From: a virus
Taxonomy: Duplodnaviria; Caudoviricetes
Direction: 5' to 3' (one strand)
Length of the DNA stretch: 39,352 nt
Virus record (IMG/VR): IMGVR_UViG_3300049049_000055
Coordinates: 1-39,352 of that record
In this document: positions 26,479 to 34,550 of the stretch, piece after piece
How the letters are laid out: the number at the start of each line of letters is the position of its first letter
Numbering within the stretch: the stretch's first letter is position 1
Made by a program: the position numbers and the translations under genes
The notes under the pieces: generated by a model
Database searches by the model: none
Seen by the model: the letters and a program-made list of their open reading frames with translations, nothing else
Told to the model about the DNA's origin: nothing

Positions 26479-26627
26479 GCTACATCATCGCCTGCAGCGA
26501 CTGCGGGGCCGAGCTAATGGCATCCAACCCGCTCGACCGCATTGAGTGCGTAGGCGACGGCTCGCACGCCTACGTCGCCGTCGTGCGCTATTCGCCCATT
26601 TCTTCGACGGCGGCGACTGATGAATGA
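26475..26627 (+). CDS. small Zn-finger-like protein, cassette 5
   Basis: CSDCG...C....H; ends RYSPISSTAATDE. Confidence 0.55.
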   Translation: MSYIIACSDCGAELMASNPLDRIECVGDGSHAYVAVVRYSPISSTAATDE

Positions 26628-26729
26628 CCAACTCGCCCACGACGACGCATGGAGAGACAAAGACAACCCGTCCGTGTGGCAGACGATCCGCGACCGCCTG
26701 TTACAGGCACGACCTTGGAGCGACGACGA

Positions 26730-27587
26730 ATGACAATCATCTATGCCCTCCCTGAGGAGGAGTACCACTCGCGCCCCGAGCTCTCATCGACCGGGGCGCG
26801 TTTGCTTCTCCCCGAATACAAGGGCAGCCCGAAGAAGTACCAGTGGTCGCTGACGCATAGGAGAACGTCTCGCGCGTTCGACCTGGGCCACGCAGTGCAC
26901 GCAAAGGTGCTCGGCGTCGGACTCGGCATCGTCACCTACCCCGACGAACACCTCACCCCCAGCGGCAACCCGTCCACGAAGAAAGAAACGCTTACGTGGG
27001 CGGATGAGCAGCGCACGGCAGGGTTCACCATTGTCAGCCCGCAGGAAGCACAGGCGGTCGACGCAATGGCCGAAGCCGTGCTCGCGCATCCGATCGCGTC
27101 GGCAATCTTCGAAGTGTCCGAGCACCGTGAGGCTTCGGTGTTCTCGGAGATCGACGGCGTACCCGTCCGAGCTCGGTTCGACGCACTCTCCGGTGAGACG
27201 AAGCGCGGCATCTACGGCGTCGACCTCAAGACGACCGACGACGCGACCCGGCTGGGTGCTGAACGGTCAGTTTCGAAGTGGGGATACGACTTCCAGCAGG
27301 CCTGGTATGAGGACGTTTACGAAGCGTCTGAGGGCCGCCCGATCGACAACTTCTACTTCGTCTGTCTCGAGAAGAGCGGCCCCTACGAGGTTGCCGTCTT
27401 TGGCGTCTCGGAGATGTGGAAGCAGATGGGCCGCACGAAGGGCGCAGAAGCGCGCCGCGTGTATCGGGAGTGCGTCGAGTCCGGGCAGTGGCCCGGTTAC
27501 GCGGAAGAGATTCAGTTCCTTGACCCGCCGGCATGGGCCGTCATCGAACACGAGATGCGTTACGAGAGTGCGGAGATCCAACTGTGA
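26730..27587 (+). CDS. recE: RecE/exonuclease VIII-like PD-(D/E)XK exonuclease
   Basis: YH....LSSTGAR, AFDLGHAVH, RARFDAL, VDLKTT, YDFQQAWY, WPGY. Confidence 0.85.
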   Translation: MTIIYALPEEEYHSRPELSSTGARLLLPEYKGSPKKYQWSLTHRRTSRAFDLGHAVHAKVLGVGLGIVTYPDEHLTPSGNPSTKKETLTWADEQRTAGFTIVSPQEAQAVDAMAEAVLAHPIASAIFEVSEHREASVFSEIDGVPVRARFDALSGETKRGIYGVDLKTTDDATRLGAERSVSKWGYDFQQAWYEDVYEASEGRPIDNFYFVCLEKSGPYEVAVFGVSEMWKQMGRTKGAEARRVYRECVESGQWPGYAEEIQFLDPPAWAVIEHEMRYESAEIQL

Positions 27588-27811
27588 TTGATGAAGAAGA
27601 CGACCGAATCCTCGCATGGCACAAGATCGCCGCGCACCCCTTCTTTGAGAAGGCCTATCAGCACGAAGCCCCGTTGATCGAGTGCATGTTGAACGAACTG
27701 GACCGCCTAGAGGAGCCCGACGAGCCTACCGAGTGGCGAGTGCTGCGGGCGTTCTCCAATGGGTACGCCGAGGGCTTGCGGCGCGGATACGAAAAGGGGC
27801 TGGACCGTTGA
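27584..27811 (+). CDS. hypothetical protein
   Basis: GTGA and TGATG coupling with neighbours. Confidence 0.5.
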   Translation: MIDEEDDRILAWHKIAAHPFFEKAYQHEAPLIECMLNELDRLEEPDEPTEWRVLRAFSNGYAEGLRRGYEKGLDR

Positions 27812-28374
27812 TGGACATAAGCAGAACGACGGAAGCAAAGTCGGATCAGCAGAACTTTGATGACTACCTGGGCGGGCCTAAGACGGTCACCGTTACGGAG
27901 GTCAAACCTGGGAGTGCTGAGCAGCCGGTGGAGATTCACCTGGCCGAGTTCCCTGGGAAGCCGTACAAGCCGTCGAAGTCGATGCGGCGTGTGCTGGTTG
28001 CCTGTTGGGGGTCGGATGCGGCGCTGTACGCGGGCCGTCGCATCACCTTGTACGGCGACCCGACGATTCGCTTCGGCAAGGACGTTGTGGGCGGGATTCG
28101 TATCGGCGCTCTCAGTCACCTTGAGAAGCCCGTAACGGTGTCTCTCACCGTCTCGCGTGGCAAGCGTGCACCGTTTGTCGTGAAGCCGCTCGTGGAGGCG
28201 CAGAAGCCGACCAAGCCCGCGCCTTCCGCGCCCGCGTGGACTGATGAAGTGGCGGCTGCGGATGACATGGCGGCGCTGTCGGAGATTCACGCTCGAGCGG
28301 TTGCCGAAGAGTGGGTTGGCCCGGAACTTCTGGCCGCGTTGACGGCTCGCAAGAACGAGCTTGGCAATGCCTGA
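27811..28374 (+). CDS. conserved phage protein, putative ssDNA-annealing partner of the exonuclease
   Basis: KSDQQNFDD, KPYKPSKSMRRVL...WG, GGIRI..LSH motif family usually found next to RecE-like genes; function inferred from position. Confidence 0.6.
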   Translation: MDISRTTEAKSDQQNFDDYLGGPKTVTVTEVKPGSAEQPVEIHLAEFPGKPYKPSKSMRRVLVACWGSDAALYAGRRITLYGDPTIRFGKDVVGGIRIGALSHLEKPVTVSLTVSRGKRAPFVVKPLVEAQKPTKPAPSAPAWTDEVAAADDMAALSEIHARAVAEEWVGPELLAALTARKNELGNA

Positions 28375-28660
28375 TCCGTCGTTTGGTCGTCATGGCCGGT
28401 CGGAGATGAAACGGAACCTGGCCGACGTTGAGGCGCAGCGGGTGGCGGATGCGGCGTTTGTTGTTGCGGCGCGTCGGAAGTTTCTGCGCATGGACGACGC
28501 GGCTGTTGACCCGTCGTTGCTGGGCGGCGCTCAGGCGGTGTTTTTGCGCGGTACGGGTTGGCGGTTCGTTGAGCGGGTGAACGCGTCCACGGTGACCGTG
28601 CAAGCCCTTTACGGGGGTACTGAGCGTGTGGCTTTGTCGAGGGTGGTGGATTACCGATGA
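28367..28660 (+). CDS. hypothetical protein
   Basis: Overlaps both neighbours; RVNASTVTV motif. Confidence 0.55.
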   Translation: MPDPSFGRHGRSEMKRNLADVEAQRVADAAFVVAARRKFLRMDDAAVDPSLLGGAQAVFLRGTGWRFVERVNASTVTVQALYGGTERVALSRVVDYR

Positions 28661-28887
28661 GCGACGAATCGTGGGGCGCCCGTGCCTTGTGCGCGGAGGT
28701 GGGTGGTGACCTTTGGCATCCGAAGAAGGGCGACCCGGCTACGAAGGCTAAGCAGATTTGCGCAGCCTGCCCGGTGGTTCACGAATGTTTGCAGTTTGCG
28801 TTGGAGTCTCGTGAGCCTTCGGGGGTGTGGGGCGGGAAGACGAGAACGGAGCGTCGGCGGATTCTGAAAAGGGGTGAGGCGGCGTGA
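28657..28887 (+). CDS. whiB: WhiB-family transcription regulator
   Basis: W...ALC, AKQICAACPV..ECL, GVWGG...ERR. Confidence 0.92.
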   Translation: MSDESWGARALCAEVGGDLWHPKKGDPATKAKQICAACPVVHECLQFALESREPSGVWGGKTRTERRRILKRGEAA

Positions 28888-29183
28888 GTGACCGGATGGT
28901 GACTGTGCAGGTTGAGGTGCCGTTGTCGACGTTTCGTGGTTTGCAGAGGGCGGCGGAACGGCGCGGGTCGAAACCTAATGAGGTGGCCGCGCAACTGATC
29001 ACGTCACGACTCGAACCCACGTTGGCGTCTAAGCGTCAGCAGGCACGCCGAATGATCGTCGCCAAGTGGATGGATTTGAACTATTCGGCGGGTGAGATTG
29101 CGGCGCGTATTGGTTGTGATGAGAAGACGGCGCGCGCGGATATGCGTGTGATTCGTGCGGCTCGAGCGAGGGATGCCGCTTAG
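28884..29183 (+). CDS. HTH DNA-binding protein
   Basis: C-terminal SAGEIAARIGCDEKTARAD HTH. Confidence 0.65.
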   Translation: MSDRMVTVQVEVPLSTFRGLQRAAERRGSKPNEVAAQLITSRLEPTLASKRQQARRMIVAKWMDLNYSAGEIAARIGCDEKTARADMRVIRAARARDAA

Positions 29184-29323
29184 TCGGTGAAGTGTTCCTC
29201 GAGCGCACGCACGAGCACGGCTGTTGCGGTCACCTGATCTCGTTCCGCTTCGGCGGCCACTCGTTCCCAGAGGGGTTCGGGGATGCGGAAGGTGCGGGCG
29301 GGCGTCTTGGGCTGGTTCGCCAC
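29180..29323 (-). CDS. ribbon-helix-helix DNA-binding protein (47 aa, absent from ORF track)
   Basis: MANQPKTPARTFRIPEPLWERVAAEAERDQVTATAVLVRALEEHFTD; GTG directly follows the upstream TAA. Confidence 0.75.
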   Translation of the reverse strand: MANQPKTPARTFRIPEPLWERVAAEAERDQVTATAVLVRALEEHFTD

Positions 29324-29551
29324 TTAGTCAACCAGAACGATCTCGTGGTCGAGGCGCGCCCAGGTGCCGTCTGCGAAGTGAACGGTCGGGTAGTGGCCGT
29401 CCCATTCGTAGGAGCCGAAGTGGGTCTTGACGGTTCCGGTGAGCGTTTCGCCTTCCCAGGTCGTGTACTGGGCGGTCTTCCCTTCGAGCGCGATGAGGTC
29501 GCGGGTGAAGGTGCGCTTGTTGATGTCGAGGGTGACCGTGTGTGTGCTCAT
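29324..29551 (-). CDS. hypothetical protein, first gene of leftward moron
   Basis: 75-aa beta-rich ORF with its own leaderless promoter. Confidence 0.7.
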   Translation of the reverse strand: MSTHTVTLDINKRTFTRDLIALEGKTAQYTTWEGETLTGTVKTHFGSYEWDGHYPTVHFADGTWARLDHEIVLVD

Positions 29552-29557
29552 GGGTTG

Positions 29558-29586
29558 AATCTAGCGGGTGTAATACACCCCGTCAA
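29558..29586 (-). promoter_or_regulatory. leaderless SigA promoter with palindromic operator
   Basis: Minus strand TTGACG-N17-TAGATT-N6-ATG; spacer contains GGGTGTA-A-TACACCC (29566-29580). Confidence 0.8.
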
Positions 29587-29598
29587 GAGGGAAGTGCA

Positions 29599-30225
29599 AT
29601 GAAGATACTGAACCTGTACTCCGGCATCGGAGGAAACCGGAAACTGTGGCCGGCCGAACACCAAGTCACGTCGGTCGAGTACGACCCCGACATTGCCGCC
29701 GTGTACGCCGACCTGTACCCGCAAGACGAACTGATCGTGGGCGACGCGCACGAATACCTGCGCGTGAACCATCGGAAGTTCGATTTCATCTGGTCGAGCC
29801 CGCCCTGTCAGACGCACTCCTCTATCCGGTTCAACCTGCAAGTGAAACTGCGTGGCGCGGAAGAGAAGTACGCCGACATGAAACTGTATGAAGAGATCCT
29901 GTTCCTGCAGCATCACTCGTCGGCTACGTGGGTGGTGGAGAACGTCGCCCCCTACTATGACGTGCTCATTCCGGCGCAGAGGATCAACCGGCACTTGTAT
30001 TGGGCGAACTTCACCCTGCCGTCGCTTCCTCAGCATCACGAGAATCTGCGGTCCATTCAGATTGCTGATCTCGAGAAGTTGCACGGGTTTGACCTGTCGA
30101 AGTACAAGCTGGCGAACAAGCGGCAGGTGCTGAGGAACTGCGTCCCGCCCTTGACGGGGTTGCGGATATTCGAAGCGGCGTTCGCGGAGGATGCGGCCGA
30201 TTTCGAGTTGGACATTCCCGCATGA
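29599..30225 (+). CDS. short C5-cytosine DNA methyltransferase (orphan)
   Basis: NLYSGIGG (motif I), WSSPPCQ (IV), VVENV (VI), LRNCV (X-like); 208 aa. Confidence 0.8.
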   Translation: MKILNLYSGIGGNRKLWPAEHQVTSVEYDPDIAAVYADLYPQDELIVGDAHEYLRVNHRKFDFIWSSPPCQTHSSIRFNLQVKLRGAEEKYADMKLYEEILFLQHHSSATWVVENVAPYYDVLIPAQRINRHLYWANFTLPSLPQHHENLRSIQIADLEKLHGFDLSKYKLANKRQVLRNCVPPLTGLRIFEAAFAEDAADFELDIPA

Positions 30226-30623
30226 CTGCTCCTACTGCGAAGGTTCGTGAGGCCGTGTACCGCCGAGACGGGCACTGCGTGAGCTGCGGCGCGTTAGACG
30301 GCTGGAACTGGCAACACAGAGCGTCGAGCGGGCACGGAGGGCGGGGGAAGAAAGCGCCCCCGTTGACTCCGGCTGACGGCGTTGTGCTTTGCGGGATCTG
30401 CAACGACCGCGCTGAGGGCGACATGCAAGAGCTCGCCCTACTCAGTGGGTGGAAGGTTCGCCGTCATTCTCGGATGCGCGCCGACGAGCTCCCATATCGG
30501 GATGCCGTTACTGGACTGTGGTGGTTGCCTGACACAGACGGTTACCGGTCGCAGGTGACGCATAAGGAAGCGGTTGGTCGGCTGTTGGCTGGCGGGAATC
30601 TGACAAGGAAGAAGGTGGCCTAG
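30222..30623 (+). CDS. HNH-like endonuclease
   Basis: VYRRDGHCVSCG...QHR...G.GG...LCGICN. Confidence 0.75.
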   Translation: MTAPTAKVREAVYRRDGHCVSCGALDGWNWQHRASSGHGGRGKKAPPLTPADGVVLCGICNDRAEGDMQELALLSGWKVRRHSRMRADELPYRDAVTGLWWLPDTDGYRSQVTHKEAVGRLLAGGNLTRKKVA

Positions 30624-31429
30624 TGGCGCGAATCAGGATGATCAAGCCTGACGTGCGCGAGTCGGAGAAAGTCGCCTCATGGCCCATCGAGGTTCGCTAC
30701 TTCTGGGTGCTGCTATGGGGTTACGTGGACGACCACGGCAAGGGTCGAGACAACCCGCTTCTCGTCAAGTCCGACTGCTTCCCACTTGATGTGGAAATCA
30801 CGGGTGACGTGGTTGACGGGTGGCTGTGGGTGCTCGCTGAGTCCGGCGTCATCGTCCGGTACGAGAACGAGGGGCAGAAGTACCTCGAGGTCGTCAACTG
30901 GAAGGAGCATCAGAAGCCGCAGCATCCGAAGCCGGACGTTTTGCCTGGTCACGCGGCCGTTGGTTCCACGCGGAGAGAGCGTCATGAAGTCCTCATGAAG
31001 TCCTCACGAAAGCCTCATGAAGTCCTCACTCCTGAGTTGGGTAGGGATGGGTTTGAGTTTGAGAGGGAGTTGGGCATGAGTGCCCCCGCAAGCGGCGGCG
31101 ATCGTGGCCCTACTGACTACTTCTCAATGGCCTATGACTCGTGGCCCAAAAAGGTCGACAAGAAGGACGCACGCGAGAAGTGGCCTCGAGCGGTGAGAGC
31201 GTTCGGCCGCTCTGAGGGCGAGCTCGTGGAGATCGTGGAGGCGCACGCTGCCGCGTATCGGGCGAACGTCGCCAAGCAGTTCATTCCGGCGTTGGCGGTG
31301 TGGCTGAACAAGGAGCGGTGGGATAACGAATTGCCGACCGCATCCGACACGAAACCTGCCGCCGTAACCCAGGCCAAAAGCGTCCTAGCACTCTACGAAG
31401 CCCGCGAGATGGGGGAGCTGACCGCATGA
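30623..31429 (+). CDS. replication initiator (lambda O / RepA-like)
   Basis: MARIRMIKP, LWGYVDDHGKG, NWKEHQK N-domain; internal iterons; WPKKVDKKDA...WLNKERWD C-domain. Confidence 0.8.
   Translation: MARIRMIKPDVRESEKVASWPIEVRYFWVLLWGYVDDHGKGRDNPLLVKSDCFPLDVEITGDVVDGWLWVLAESGVIVRYENEGQKYLEVVNWKEHQKPQHPKPDVLPGHAAVGSTRRERHEVLMKSSRKPHEVLTPELGRDGFEFERELGMSAPASGGDRGPTDYFSMAYDSWPKKVDKKDAREKWPRAVRAFGRSEGELVEIVEAHAAAYRANVAKQFIPALAVWLNKERWDNELPTASDTKPAAVTQAKSVLALYEAREMGELTA
30982..31029 (+). repeat. four tandem 11-bp iterons (candidate origin of replication)
   Basis: TCATGAAGTCC TCATGAAGTCC TCACGAAAGCC TCATGAAGTCC TCAC in the initiator linker. Confidence 0.75.
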
Positions 31430-31845
31430 ACAAGATGGAGATCGCGAGACTGCTCACCGCTGTTGCTGCTTTGGATAACCGGAAGGTGCTCGAGGAGACG
31501 GTTGAGGCTTGGTATGCGGTGTTGCACGCTTACCCGTATTCGGATGCTGCGGGGGCTGTGCGTCAGCATTTCGAGGATTCGACTGAGTATTTGATGCCGG
31601 CGCACATCAAGCAGGGCATCAAGCGGACTCGGGAGGCGCGGAACCCGTCGAACGATACGACGCCGGGCGGGTATAGGGCGTTGCATGCGGCTCCTGGTTC
31701 GGCTCCGATGCCCGCGAACTGGAACGAGTTGTGTGCGGCGTGGAATGACCCGGTGAAGTGGGCCGTGGAAACCGGCAGGTACGACGAGCAGTTGGTTGCG
31801 GCGGGTTTCCCCCCGGTTGAGCGTTGGTCTAGGAGGGCCGCATGA
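31426..31845 (+). CDS. helicase loader/inhibitor-like protein (G39P-like)
   Basis: Follows initiator; LL....ALDNR, AWYAVL, AVRQHF..STEYLMPAHI. Confidence 0.65.
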   Translation: MNKMEIARLLTAVAALDNRKVLEETVEAWYAVLHAYPYSDAAGAVRQHFEDSTEYLMPAHIKQGIKRTREARNPSNDTTPGGYRALHAAPGSAPMPANWNELCAAWNDPVKWAVETGRYDEQLVAAGFPPVERWSRRAA

Positions 31846-32081
31846 GTAGTTGGCGGGTTGATCTCGAGAAGGTTCCGCGCGGCATGACCATGAAGGTTTG
31901 GCGGGCAAGTATCCGGCCGCCCGGCTGGTATCCCGTGGCACCGTTCATGGTGGTTGAGGCTGAGCGGAAGGCGGATTGCCGTGAGCTGGCGAGGGCCTGG
32001 ATTGCGGAGTACGAGGAACGCATGGCGAGGTTCAGCCCGGACACGTTCTACGTGAAAGCAAACGGAGGTTGGCGTGAGTAG
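31842..32081 (+). CDS. hypothetical protein
   Basis: AGGAGG RBS; overlap coupling. Confidence 0.55.
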   Translation: MSSWRVDLEKVPRGMTMKVWRASIRPPGWYPVAPFMVVEAERKADCRELARAWIAEYEERMARFSPDTFYVKANGGWRE

Positions 32082-32418
32082 CGAAGCAGCAAAGAAGGCA
32101 GGAGATGGGGACATGAGCGGCGACCTTGACTGGTTCAGCGTGGCTGACACAAACCAGTTCTTTGTAGGCGAACCGCTCAACATCACGGGCGTCAGCAGCG
32201 GCTATGAGCGGTCGCTGGACTATGCGCGTGGCCTGCTTGACCGCCCGCATGATCGCTTCAACCGCGACCTTCTTACGGCCGAGTGCAACGAGCTCGCGGC
32301 GATGTTTATCGAGATCGCGAAAGAGGACGGGAACGCCCTCAGTCTCGGAGCCGCGCTTCGGGCCATGATGCTCGAGGCTGCCCGAACCTCTGAGCCTGCT
32401 TGGGGGGTGGAGCAGTGA
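32074..32418 (+). CDS. hypothetical protein
   Basis: GGAGG RBS; overlap coupling. Confidence 0.55.
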   Translation: MSSEAAKKAGDGDMSGDLDWFSVADTNQFFVGEPLNITGVSSGYERSLDYARGLLDRPHDRFNRDLLTAECNELAAMFIEIAKEDGNALSLGAALRAMMLEAARTSEPAWGVEQ

Positions 32419-32672
32419 ACGCACGAGACGAACTGGCGCGGCTTCTCGCAGTGGTGGCACTCGACGCGGCCATGACTGATGTGAGTCGCGCGGATGACCT
32501 GTACGACGCTCAGGCTGATGTTCTGATCGCTGAGGGTTGGCGGAAGATGCCGAGCCGGGAACAGTTGATCGCAGTGCTCTACGAAAGCCGCAACGAGTAT
32601 GGGGCGGGCGAGTACACGCCTGACGAGCAGGTTGCTGACGCGATTTTGGCACTCATGGGGGTTGACCGGTGA
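32415..32672 (+). CDS. hypothetical protein
   Basis: GTGA overlaps; internal AD.LIA/ADAILA repeat. Confidence 0.55.
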   Translation: MNARDELARLLAVVALDAAMTDVSRADDLYDAQADVLIAEGWRKMPSREQLIAVLYESRNEYGAGEYTPDEQVADAILALMGVDR

Positions 32673-32980
32673 GCGACTACAAGACACTCATCGCAGAAGC
32701 ACGCGCGGTGGTTCGTGATGATAAGCGTTCGTACAATTTCGTGCCGGAGCCGAGACTGCTGCTGGATTTGGCGGATGCTCTTGAGGCGGTTGCGGCTGAC
32801 CGTGCAGTGGTGGAAGCGGAAGCACTCGAAGCAGCAGCAGGCGACATGGAGCGGTCGGCGGATTGGACGGAATGCAACTTCATTCCGGGTCCGAACGGCA
32901 AGGCCCATGTTGATGCAATGCGCGGCGGCGCTGATTGGCTCCGTGCGCGTGCGTCCGAGATTCGGGAGGGACAAGCATGA
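32669..32980 (+). CDS. hypothetical protein
   Basis: Overlap coupling; LADALE, AEALEAAA, ADWLRARA motifs. Confidence 0.55.
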   Translation: MSDYKTLIAEARAVVRDDKRSYNFVPEPRLLLDLADALEAVAADRAVVEAEALEAAAGDMERSADWTECNFIPGPNGKAHVDAMRGGADWLRARASEIREGQA

Positions 32981-33315
32981 ACGACGAAAAGAAGCACACG
33001 GCCCCCGTGGGTATCGCCTACGGCTCTGTCCTCGGCCCGGTCAAGGTGCCACCGGGCGGCGATTACACGCCTAGCGCCGCCGAAATCAAGGAGGCGTACT
33101 GCTGGGAGTTCGACAGCCTTGGCGAGGCTCAGTGGAACCCGGATAGCGCCCCAGAGTTTGACCGTTGGTTCGCTGCGTATACCCGTCAGGTGAAAGCCGA
33201 CGCATGGGACGAAGGCTGGACGAAGGGTGCAGAGTCAGAGCGCATTTCGTTCGGCAGGAAAGTTTCGTGGGCGCCAAAAAGGAACCCTTACCGCATCACT
33301 GAGGAGAACAAATGA
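32977..33315 (+). CDS. hypothetical protein (YTP...FDRW family)
   Basis: YTPS..EI, EFDRWFA, ADAWDEG, NPYR. Confidence 0.6.
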   Translation: MNDEKKHTAPVGIAYGSVLGPVKVPPGGDYTPSAAEIKEAYCWEFDSLGEAQWNPDSAPEFDRWFAAYTRQVKADAWDEGWTKGAESERISFGRKVSWAPKRNPYRITEENK

Positions 33316-33439
33316 CCCTGACAACGAACACGCACCCGGTTTCGATCGAAGGCAACCGGTGTCTGAAGTGTGGGAAGCCGGTTTCGGAGTTTCGGTGGGC
33401 GACGGAAGCGTGCCCGGAGATCAACAAGGAGAACAACTA

Positions 33440-33796
33440 ATGGCCCTGGTTTCGTTGAAGCAGGTTGAGGTGGCTCGCGTGAACTCGCGCGGTCACGGTG
33501 TGCAGGTCGTGGAGAAGTGGGAGTCGAAGGGCAAGACGGGGCAGACACGGTTCACGGTGTGGTTCGACCAGCCGCACGGACTGAACGTGGGCGACAAGAT
33601 CGACGTGTCCGGGTTCCTGGGGGCGAAGGTTGGGGAGCCGTGGACTGACCGTGAGGGACAGCAGCGCACGTCGGTCGAGCTGAGTGTGAACAGCCCGCGT
33701 ATCGGGTCGCAGGGGGCTGCTCAGGGCCAGTCGGAGCCGGTGCAGGCGGACTCGTGGAACACACCCGGCACGTACTCGGACTCCACGCCCTTCTGA
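33440..33796 (+). CDS. ssb: single-stranded DNA-binding protein
   Basis: OB-fold-like (FTVW, VGDKIDVSG.L, WTDREGQQRTSVEL) with tail ending DSTPF; AAGGAG RBS. Confidence 0.8.
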   Translation: MALVSLKQVEVARVNSRGHGVQVVEKWESKGKTGQTRFTVWFDQPHGLNVGDKIDVSGFLGAKVGEPWTDREGQQRTSVELSVNSPRIGSQGAAQGQSEPVQADSWNTPGTYSDSTPF

Positions 33797-34053
33797 TGGA
33801 GAACTACACGCCGACTCTCGAAGAGGTGCGGGAGTCATTCGCGAATGACTACTACGCGACGGTCGTTTCCGGCGCGCTTCCACAGCCAACGCCGGAGGAG
33901 CGCCGAGCTGCGTTCGATCGGTTCGTTGCCGAACTTGAGGCGCAGACACTCGACAAGGGTTGGCAGCAAGGGTGGGACGCGAGGGCGAAGCACTGCCCCT
34001 GCATCGGTGCGCGTGCTGTTGAGATTCGGGAAGGACGACAGCCCAATGCCTGA
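33796..34053 (+). CDS. hypothetical protein (YTP...FDR family)
   Basis: YTPTLEEVR, AFDRFVA, KGWQQGW; paralogous to 32977-33315. Confidence 0.55.
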   Translation: MENYTPTLEEVRESFANDYYATVVSGALPQPTPEERRAAFDRFVAELEAQTLDKGWQQGWDARAKHCPCIGARAVEIREGRQPNA

Positions 34054-34264
34054 TGTGCCTAAATACCGGAAGGTCAAGACGGTTCGCCATGAATGGTCAA
34101 TCGCTGTCCCGTGTGACGCGAAGAACTTTGAGTATGCGTTACACAACATCCGACAGGCGATCGTGGAGCGCGGCCTGGACTCGGAAACGGACGACGCGTA
34201 CCACGTGCGAGCCGACGATGAGTCGATCGTGATCTACATGGACGCGCGGAAGGAGACGACGTGA
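34046..34264 (+). CDS. hypothetical protein
   Basis: Overlap coupling; DDAYHVRADDESIVI. Confidence 0.55.
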   Translation: MPDVPKYRKVKTVRHEWSIAVPCDAKNFEYALHNIRQAIVERGLDSETDDAYHVRADDESIVIYMDARKETT

Positions 34265-34323
34265 CTGCGATGAGTGAAGCCGTAGACGCGCTCACAAGGC
34301 GATGGAAGAGGAGAGGCGACTAA
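34261..34323 (+). pseudogene. 20-codon stub duplicating the N-terminus of gene 34537-35199
   Basis: MTAMSEAVDALTRRWKRRGD*; AAGGAG RBS. Confidence 0.65.
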
Positions 34324-34550
34324 TGACCACCGAGTATCGGGCGATCACGAACCGGAACGGCCGACCGCTCCCGTTCAACTACATCTTCACCAAGCCCGAC
34401 GTGAACTGGGGCGGCTACTTCCACGACCTCCGCGCGCATGAAGTCCTCTGGTGGGAGTCGCACGAAGTGAATCGCGACGGGTCTGCAACGGCCTGGAAAA
34501 AGATGGACCCCCAGCCAGACGGGAGGAAGGTTCCCAATGTCGATGAGTGA
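34323..34550 (+). CDS. hypothetical protein
   Basis: TAATG coupling; GAGGAGAGG RBS. Confidence 0.55.
   Translation: MTTEYRAITNRNGRPLPFNYIFTKPDVNWGGYFHDLRAHEVLWWESHEVNRDGSATAWKKMDPQPDGRKVPNVDE

Larger units (their letters stand above)
25735..26605 (+). repeat. dispersed gene-junction repeat, 5 copies
   Basis: CGCACATCGGACGGTTCCGGGTCATGA (25741), CGCACTTCGGACGGTTCCGGGTCATGA (26109), CGCACGTCACCGATTTCC (26276), CGCTATTCGGACGGTTCCGAGGCATGA (26452), CGCTATTCGCCCATTTCT (26586). Confidence 0.85.

Noticed and set aside
25741-26605. CRISPR array
   Set aside because: Spacing is 130-370 nt and coding, repeats are degenerate, and there is no cas operon; the nearby PD-(D/E)XK gene is RecE-like.
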